In this document: piece by piece, positions 56,512-62,709 of the stretch
Layout: each line of letters begins with the position of its first letter
Numbering within the stretch: the stretch's first letter is position 1
DNA from: Promethearchaeota archaeon
GTDB lineage: Archaea > Asgardarchaeota > Lokiarchaeia > Sigyniarchaeales > SOKP01
DNA length: 62,709 nt
Direction: 5' to 3'
NCBI GenBank assembly: GCA_030667705.1
Contig: DAOUVJ010000002.1
Location: forward strand, 1 to 62,709
The notes under the pieces: generated by a model
What the model was told of the DNA's origin: nothing
Seen by the model: the letters and a program-made list of their open reading frames with translations, nothing else
Database searches by the model: none
Position numbers and translations under genes: made by a program

Positions 56512-58104
56512 TTAACATTGGAAGGTCAAATATTTTGCAGAAGTGATGTTTGGCAGCTTTGCAATTTTGGAAAGAATATCTTCTTCCACGGAACTATCCA
56601 CGTTTATAAGACATATGGCAGTTCCTCCAAGTTTCTTTCGACCTAATTGAATACCAGCGATGTTTATTCCTATATTACCTAAAAATATGCCAATACTACC
56701 AATTACTCCTGGAACATCTTGATTATGAAGCATTAATAATCCTCCAAGTAAATCAGCTTCAATTGGAAAGCGATTGATCTGAACTATCTTCAGAGCAGAT
56801 CCAAATACTATACCAGCAACTGAAGTTTCCCCCTTTTCTGAGAAGCACGCAACTCTGATCATGCTAGTGTAATTTTCTGCTTTTAAGCCTTTTGTTTCGG
56901 TTATTTTTATTCCACGTTCTTCGGCTACTACTCGTGCATTAACTAAATTGACGTCTTCTGTTTGGTGTTGTAACACCCCCTTTAATACCGAGATCGTGAG
57001 TGGTGCTGTTGCAAGTTTCGAAGCTTCTCCTAAATATTCTACTCGTATTTCTTTAAGAGGAGAATCAAGTAATTGCCCTTGGAATGAACCTAACCTCTCA
57101 CAAAGTTTAAGGTAAGGGCGTAAAATAGGAATTAACTCCGCAGATATTGAGGGAAAGTTGATTGAGTTTCGAATCATGCCTTCCTTTAGAAAATCACAAA
57201 TCTGCTCGGCGATCAAAATCGCCACTTTTTTTTGGGCTTCTATTGTAGAAGCTCCTAAATGAGGTGTTAGAATCACATTTGGATATTTAAGTAGGGTATT
57301 ATTGGGTGAAGGTGGCTCAACTGGAAAGACATCTAAGGCTAATCCCTTAATAAATCCAGATTCCAAGGCATTTAATACATCAGACTCGTTAATAAGTGCA
57401 CCTCGTGCGCAATTGATCAAATAAACTCCTTTTTTCATCTTTGTAATTGACTGAGCATTTATAATTCCTCTTGTTTCTGGTGTGAGAGGCGTGTGATAAG
57501 TGATAAAATCGGAGCGAGCATATAACTCATCAAGAGTTACATGTTCCACACCAAGTTTTGAAATAACTTCAGGTTGGACGTAGGGGTCATAACTTATAAC
57601 CACCATCTTTAATCCTAACGCTCTTTCTGCTACTACTTTACCAATATTCCCCATTCCTACAATCCCGAGCGTTTTTCCTGTCAATTCAGTTCCTAAAAAT
57701 TTCTTTTTCTCCCATTTACCTTCCTTCATAGAAGCTGAAGCTTGGGGGAGCTTTCTTGCAAGAGCCATAATCAACGCAATTGCGTGTTCACCCGTCGTTA
57801 TTGTATTTCCCCCAGGAGCATTCATTACCACGATACCTTTTCTGGTTGCGGTTTTCTTGTCAATATTGTCCGTTCCAGAACCTGCACGACCTATAATCTT
57901 TAAACGTGTTGCTTGTTGCAGAATTTCTTTTGTGATGACTGTAGAACCTCTTAAAACAATTCCATCATAATTATTGATGATTTCAGTCAATTTTGAAGCA
58001 TTCATCGGCCCCATCACATCGACTTGAATTCTTTCTCGAGTGAACACATCAACTCCAGCTTTATCCAAATTATCAAGAACTAACACTTTCACTATTATTT
58101 CCAC
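56512..58104 (-). CDS. serA: D-3-phosphoglycerate dehydrogenase (long form with ASB and ACT domains)
   Basis: Has the NAD motif GIVGMGNIGKVVA, the catalytic region CARGALI...TPHLGAST and a C-terminal ACT domain. The start may be the GTG at 58092 (MKVLVLD). Confidence 0.9.
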   Translation of the reverse strand: MEIIVKVLVLDNLDKAGVDVFTRERIQVDVMGPMNASKLTEIINNYDGIVLRGSTVITKEILQQATRLKIIGRAGSGTDNIDKKTATRKGIVVMNAPGGNTITTGEHAIALIMALARKLPQASASMKEGKWEKKKFLGTELTGKTLGIVGMGNIGKVVAERALGLKMVVISYDPYVQPEVISKLGVEHVTLDELYARSDFITYHTPLTPETRGIINAQSITKMKKGVYLINCARGALINESDVLNALESGFIKGLALDVFPVEPPSPNNTLLKYPNVILTPHLGASTIEAQKKVAILIAEQICDFLKEGMIRNSINFPSISAELIPILRPYLKLCERLGSFQGQLLDSPLKEIRVEYLGEASKLATAPLTISVLKGVLQHQTEDVNLVNARVVAEERGIKITETKGLKAENYTSMIRVACFSEKGETSVAGIVFGSALKIVQINRFPIEADLLGGLLMLHNQDVPGVIGSIGIFLGNIGINIAGIQLGRKKLGGTAICLINVDSSVEEDILSKIAKLPNITSAKYLTFQC

Positions 58105-58323
58105 TTTCTCTTTTAATTAACCAATAAAAATCAATTTATCAAATAAAAATCATTATTATTATTGATTGATATTGAAAGTGATATCTAATTAATATTTTGA
58201 TATAAAATAGAGGAATAGAATTCTGAATATTAGAGAGTACTCATGAGATTTTGTTTGTTATAATAATAAATATTATTTATGATTTTTTAATTAATTAAGT
58301 AGAAGAACACGTTGATAAGCAAT

Positions 58324-60126
58324 ATGCTAAATATTTGGATTTTAACATTTGAATTTGCGGGTGTGGCAAAATTTGGAGGATTGGGAGAAGTACCAGCAAA
58401 TCAAGCAAAGCATCTTTCCAATACTCATAATATAACTATTTTGATGCCCTCTCATGGACAAGTTGACAGACTAAAAGACAAGCATGAGTGGGTTAAATTA
58501 CCAATATCCTGCGAAGGAGAAATTAGTGGTTTACAATTGGGATTAAATACACCAAAAATGAGCTATCAAATATCATTTTATCAATTCAAAATTGGTAACC
58601 TAAGAATAATTTTATTAAGTGGTGAAAATCCCTTAAGCAGGTTTTTTCTGGATGATAAAACAATTTACAATCCTGATACAATAAAAGGAAAGATCTGTTT
58701 ATACACCCATGGAATGAGATGTTTTTCGAATCATATTTTTAGAGAGCAATTGAATAAGTACATTCCAGATGTTATTCATTTACATGATTATCATGTTGTA
58801 TTGCCTTTCATTGCTTTAAAACAAGTGTTTACAAAAAATAAGTTGGATGTCGCTTCAATACTAACAATCCATTTATTAACTTGGCCTAGATTTGGATTGG
58901 ATTATTATAGTACATGTGGCATTGATTCTTCTCCAATTAAATTACGAATGAAAAAAGGATTTAAGTTATTGAAATTGGAGGATATTATCGCATTATGTTA
59001 TAATGATCTAAATTGGAATCGAATTTTTGAACCTCCTACAGTAGAAAAAGTTGGAGCTATAACATGTGACATTGTCACAAGCGTAAGCCAGTCATATTTA
59101 AATTCGGATATTATCCCTAATTGTGGTGGAGATTTAATAGACTTTAAAGCTGATTTTATATGGGATGGATGTGATTGGGAATATCAAGATATACTTAAAT
59201 CTGTTATGAATAATATTGGTAATGAATTGCGTAAGCTTTTAGAAATTGACTCAAAAGCTCTAATTTCGAAAAGCCATATTAAAAAATATTTATTGCAATA
59301 CAAAATTGGAAATTTAAGCCAGAGTCCATTAATAAGTTCTAAAAAGGTATTAGATACTATTAATGAAATTTCAAATGGAAATCCATTTATCAAGAACGGA
59401 AATATTAAACCCTTTACTGAATCTGGACCATTAATGTTAACCACAGGGAGAATTTCGCCCCAAAAAGGATTTGAAACGATTTTTGAATCGTTAGCTTTGG
59501 TAATTGAAGAAATTCCCGACGCAAAATTTCTATTTTTAATTTTACCGACAGATTATAGTTTGTCTGAAATAAAAAGCTATGCTCAACACGTAAAAAATTA
59601 TCCAAATAATTTAAGAATCATTTTTGGGGTTGCTTCTGATATTTTTTACTTAGCGCATATCGCTGCTGATGTATATTGTGCTGCTTCTCGATGGGAACCA
59701 TTTGGTATCATGGCTCTCGAAGCAATGGCATCAAAACTACCAATAATCGCTACAAAAGTTGGGGGATTGCAAGAAACAATTGTAGATGTAAGAGATTTTC
59801 CTGAGATCGGAACAGGAATTTTAATTGAGAAAGACGATCCTATACAGTTAGCTCACGCTATAATTTCCCTCTTTAAATCGGCAGAAATTGCTGAAAAAGC
59901 CAATCAATTAAAATCTACTAATATTTTCGAGATTGAACTCCTTAGATTAGCTAATCAAATTCCCGATGAAATAATAAAATCTCGAGTGTTAGTTGATCCA
60001 AGTTTCTATGATATTATTAGAGAAAATTGTTATAAAAGAGTAAAGGAAAACTTTACTTGGGATATAGTTTCTAAAAAACTAATAATTTTATATGATTTCT
60101 TAGCAGAGCAGAGTTTTTATTCTTGA
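58324..60126 (+). CDS. glgA: Glycogen/starch synthase (GT5, GlgA-like)
   Basis: The N-terminus is FEFAGVAKFGGLGEV (a KxGGLGDV motif variant). It has a C-terminal GT-B block SRWEPFGIMALEAMA. I prefer the ATG at 58324 over the TTG at 58312. Confidence 0.8.
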   Translation: MLNIWILTFEFAGVAKFGGLGEVPANQAKHLSNTHNITILMPSHGQVDRLKDKHEWVKLPISCEGEISGLQLGLNTPKMSYQISFYQFKIGNLRIILLSGENPLSRFFLDDKTIYNPDTIKGKICLYTHGMRCFSNHIFREQLNKYIPDVIHLHDYHVVLPFIALKQVFTKNKLDVASILTIHLLTWPRFGLDYYSTCGIDSSPIKLRMKKGFKLLKLEDIIALCYNDLNWNRIFEPPTVEKVGAITCDIVTSVSQSYLNSDIIPNCGGDLIDFKADFIWDGCDWEYQDILKSVMNNIGNELRKLLEIDSKALISKSHIKKYLLQYKIGNLSQSPLISSKKVLDTINEISNGNPFIKNGNIKPFTESGPLMLTTGRISPQKGFETIFESLALVIEEIPDAKFLFLILPTDYSLSEIKSYAQHVKNYPNNLRIIFGVASDIFYLAHIAADVYCAASRWEPFGIMALEAMASKLPIIATKVGGLQETIVDVRDFPEIGTGILIEKDDPIQLAHAIISLFKSAEIAEKANQLKSTNIFEIELLRLANQIPDEIIKSRVLVDPSFYDIIRENCYKRVKENFTWDIVSKKLIILYDFLAEQSFYS

Positions 60127-60134
60127 TAGAGAAA

Positions 60135-62111
60135 TTATGAATTCCAGAACGGATATAATACATTACTTATTGCACTTGCTTCGTCAGGTATAATTTGGAG
60201 CTCTTTTCGTGCCCATTCTGATATCCATTTAGATTTCTGCTTAAATCTCGAATCCATAAAAATTATTGAGCCCTTATCCCTTATTTTTCTGATTGGACGT
60301 CCAGAAGCTTGATTTGCGCGCTGTACAGCCGGGGAGAGATAAGCAAAATCCCACCCTCTTCCATTGAAAGCTATGTCATAATAGGCAATTTTGGCTTTAA
60401 CTCGCGGTGTTGGTAGATGATAAGGAAATCCTGCAATGATCACTGAATTCATGTAGTTTCCAGGATAATCCTCTCCTTCTGAGTTTCTTCCTCCACATAC
60501 TCCAAGTAAAATCGCTCCTTGATTGGGTGAAGAACCCATGGATTTAAAATCATTAACCATTAAAGCATTTTCAGAAGCAGATAATCCAGATTCTTCAACA
60601 AATAATTTCTTATTATATTTCCGAGCCAAATAGGAAATACCACTTGATTTTAATGAATTAAGTATCTTATATGAAGCGCAAAAAATACCCGTGTTTGCGG
60701 GCGTAGAATAAATCACTTCTTCTATTTTAAAAATCATCTTTTTATACATCTCCGGATTTCTATTCACACCTCGAGTATCAACACCCTCAGTAATAAGAAC
60801 TTTAATATTTTCCTTTTTGAAAGGAGAACCTCCATTAATTTCTTCATAACCCTTGCCACTTTGTTTTAATCCCATTAGATTATTATATACTTGAGGGTTC
60901 ACAGTACCCGAGAGATTCACACTTGTATAGACATCTTTCAAAATAGGAATAACCATCTCTCTTGGATCAAGAGCGACTATCTCAAGTGAAATGTTTCGAT
61001 TCTTTTTAGTATCTCTTATATTATAACAAAAAAAGTAATTATCTAAGATGTAGCTATTAATCCACTTTAACCAAAAATCAGCGAATGTCCCAACATGATC
61101 TCTTGAGATCTCTCCATTTGCCATTCTTTCTTCATGAATAGATACACTAAAATCATGCATTTCTTTGATAAAATTTTTAAATTCAGTAAGTGAGCGGAAT
61201 TGTAATTTTTTAGTAATTTGGTTCAAGAAAACTTCAGGATTGATCTCTTGTTCATACTGAATGTTTCCCTTTTTTTTATTTAGGTGAGATGTCAGTAATT
61301 CCACAAATTCTAGCATGAGTGGAGGTGAACGATACATTTCCAGATCTCCCCGGCATAATCTTAAAGAATACGGTGTTAATCTTTTAGAATTTATCTCAGT
61401 TGCTACATCTATTAAATTATGACACTCATCAATAACGAGTATACAATTTTGAAGATCCTTTTCAATAAAAGATAAGAAATTTTCCCTTATGTGAGGATTA
61501 AAAATCCATTGATAATTGCATATTATGAGTTTCATCTTGCTTAGAAGAAACTTGCTAAGAAAGTAAGGACAGATATACTTATCCTTACACATATTGATAA
61601 GTTCTTCAGCATCGATAGGTTTATCTAAGATTTCAGGATCGATGAGAAGAGGGTTGTCACGTTCATCTTTTTTTTTAATTAAATTAACATAATATTTACA
61701 GTTTCTATTTTTCCTAAGATCACTACACACCGACATTGATTCTTTGGGACCTAATTTTAGCTTCAGTAACATCTCATTTAAACACATTTCATTCCTTCCC
61801 CGAATTGAGATACCACTCACTTTATGATTAAAACCCTTTTCTTTGCGAAAATTGGAAATACGAGTCAATTCTTTAATGATTCTGGTATTTTGAGCGTGAG
61901 TTCTACAGGTATAAATTATTTTTAGATCTTTCTCGTATGCTAAGGGTAATAACGCGCTTAATGCTATGATTGTTTTACCGCTTCCATTTGGGGCAACTAG
62001 TAGCGTATTTTTACTTTCTATAGATGATTGTTCTACTTTTTTGATGATACTTTCTTGTTCTTGCCTAAAATTTTTGTATGGAAAGAAATCAATGTATTTC
62101 ATATTATACAC
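60135..62111 (-). CDS. xpd: XPD/Rad3-family Fe-S DNA helicase
   Basis: Has Walker A APNGSGKT, DECHN (a DEAH-box variant), four Cys in the Fe-S domain (MCLNE...VCSD...NCKYY...CPYF) and C-terminal helicase motifs (QASGRPIR). Confidence 0.85.
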   Translation of the reverse strand: MYNMKYIDFFPYKNFRQEQESIIKKVEQSSIESKNTLLVAPNGSGKTIIALSALLPLAYEKDLKIIYTCRTHAQNTRIIKELTRISNFRKEKGFNHKVSGISIRGRNEMCLNEMLLKLKLGPKESMSVCSDLRKNRNCKYYVNLIKKKDERDNPLLIDPEILDKPIDAEELINMCKDKYICPYFLSKFLLSKMKLIICNYQWIFNPHIRENFLSFIEKDLQNCILVIDECHNLIDVATEINSKRLTPYSLRLCRGDLEMYRSPPLMLEFVELLTSHLNKKKGNIQYEQEINPEVFLNQITKKLQFRSLTEFKNFIKEMHDFSVSIHEERMANGEISRDHVGTFADFWLKWINSYILDNYFFCYNIRDTKKNRNISLEIVALDPREMVIPILKDVYTSVNLSGTVNPQVYNNLMGLKQSGKGYEEINGGSPFKKENIKVLITEGVDTRGVNRNPEMYKKMIFKIEEVIYSTPANTGIFCASYKILNSLKSSGISYLARKYNKKLFVEESGLSASENALMVNDFKSMGSSPNQGAILLGVCGGRNSEGEDYPGNYMNSVIIAGFPYHLPTPRVKAKIAYYDIAFNGRGWDFAYLSPAVQRANQASGRPIRKIRDKGSIIFMDSRFKQKSKWISEWARKELQIIPDEASAISNVLYPFWNS

Positions 62112-62207
62112 TTTGGTATGGTGGCTTGTTATATTAAGATTTTTTCTATACTTTATATTAGCAAAGAGTATAAAAGTTTAATTATTAAGAAAATTTACAT
62201 AGAAATT

Positions 62208-62709
62208 ATGAAGGAAAATAATACGAATGAAGAATACTTGCCCCTAAAAGATATTTTGAATGAAACTTTACTCCGAGATTTAATTATATTTGTTGTATTG
62301 TTTTTATTTATTCTTACTCAATCATGGAATGATCTATTTTTACTTATATTTCCCCTCATATTATTTACAATGTCAATGACGTTCAGAATTATTAATACAA
62401 ATAAATGGAGAATTTATTTAGCAAATGGAATGATAATTTATAATCCTCTGGGGTCTGAAAAAAAACATGCTGATAGATTGTACTTCTCATCAATCCTATT
62501 ACTTATCATATTATTTTGGATTGGTTCAGAGTCAATATACCACCCTCAATTAATAGATGATTATACTCTTTATTTTAATGTTATATTCATATTCATTTAC
62601 ACTTTTGGTTTTTATTGGATACTTATTGATATATGGAAAAATGCTAAAATCGAAATTCTTAGTAAAGAAGAGCAAGATCAAAACATAAATGAAGTTCTTT
62701 CCTCTCTTA
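62208..62709 (+). CDS. Hypothetical membrane protein; the 3' end runs off the window
   Basis: The frame is open from the ATG at 62208 to the window end. It has at least 4 hydrophobic segments. Confidence 0.4.
   Translation, partial: MKENNTNEEYLPLKDILNETLLRDLIIFVVLFLFILTQSWNDLFLLIFPLILFTMSMTFRIINTNKWRIYLANGMIIYNPLGSEKKHADRLYFSSILLLIILFWIGSESIYHPQLIDDYTLYFNVIFIFIYTFGFYWILIDIWKNAKIEILSKEEQDQNINEVLSSL

Noticed and set aside
1-62709. I looked for tRNA/rRNA genes, CRISPR arrays, integrases or transposases, and terminal inverted repeats.
   Set aside because: No GC-rich cloverleaf-like islands stand out. There are no regularly spaced direct repeats longer than the short in-frame codon repeats already listed. 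No ORF has recombinase or transposase motifs.

Overview
The window is a strongly AT-rich archaeal chromosomal segment, densely coding on both strands. I found no rRNA, tRNA, CRISPR array, transposase or integrase. Feature coordinates include the stop codon, as in the supplied ORF track. Where a conserved N-terminus or a GGAG-N6-start arrangement argued for a different start, I moved it.

Most genes are archaeal information-processing genes:
- A truncated rpoA1-rpoA2-rpl30e-nusA-rps12-rps7 operon.
- EF-1alpha, aIF2alpha-Nop10, TFS, RpoL and RpoF.
- Ribosomal proteins L44e, S27e, L21e and L35Ae.
- RFC small subunit, a GINS-PriS-PriL-PCNA replisome cluster, XPD and a NurA-like nuclease.
- RNA modification enzymes TruA, Pus10, KsgA, and METTL5-like and Mtq2-like methyltransferases.

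Interleaved with these are eukaryote-signature genes: an STT3/AglB oligosaccharyltransferase, one Arf-like and two Rab-like small GTPases, a Roadblock/LC7 protein, an Snf7/ESCRT-III-like protein and a secernin-like C69 peptidase. That combination points, by inference only, to an Asgard (Lokiarchaeia-like) archaeon.

Observations most worth follow-up:
1. An orphan ESCRT-III-like gene lies convergent with a 698-aa protein that combines a FYVE/B-box-spaced eight-Cys zinc finger, coiled coil, a PH/GRAM-like module, a P/Q-rich region and a SHOCT-like tail.
2. An archaeal 3-dehydroquinate synthase II gene is interrupted by a single in-frame TAA.
3. Two conserved genes (rpl44e and the METTL5-like methyltransferase) have homologous N-termini with no canonical start, but each has a GGAG/GAGG-N6-ATT arrangement.
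4. One protein fuses a wHTH, an ATP-cone and a possible NrdD-like region.
5. A histone gene has a decayed paralogue remnant just downstream, inside a small-GTPase / acyl-CoA-synthetase-alpha island.
6. Several core informational genes carry tandem codon-repeat C-terminal tails.

All functional calls come from motif recognition by eye. No database search was run.
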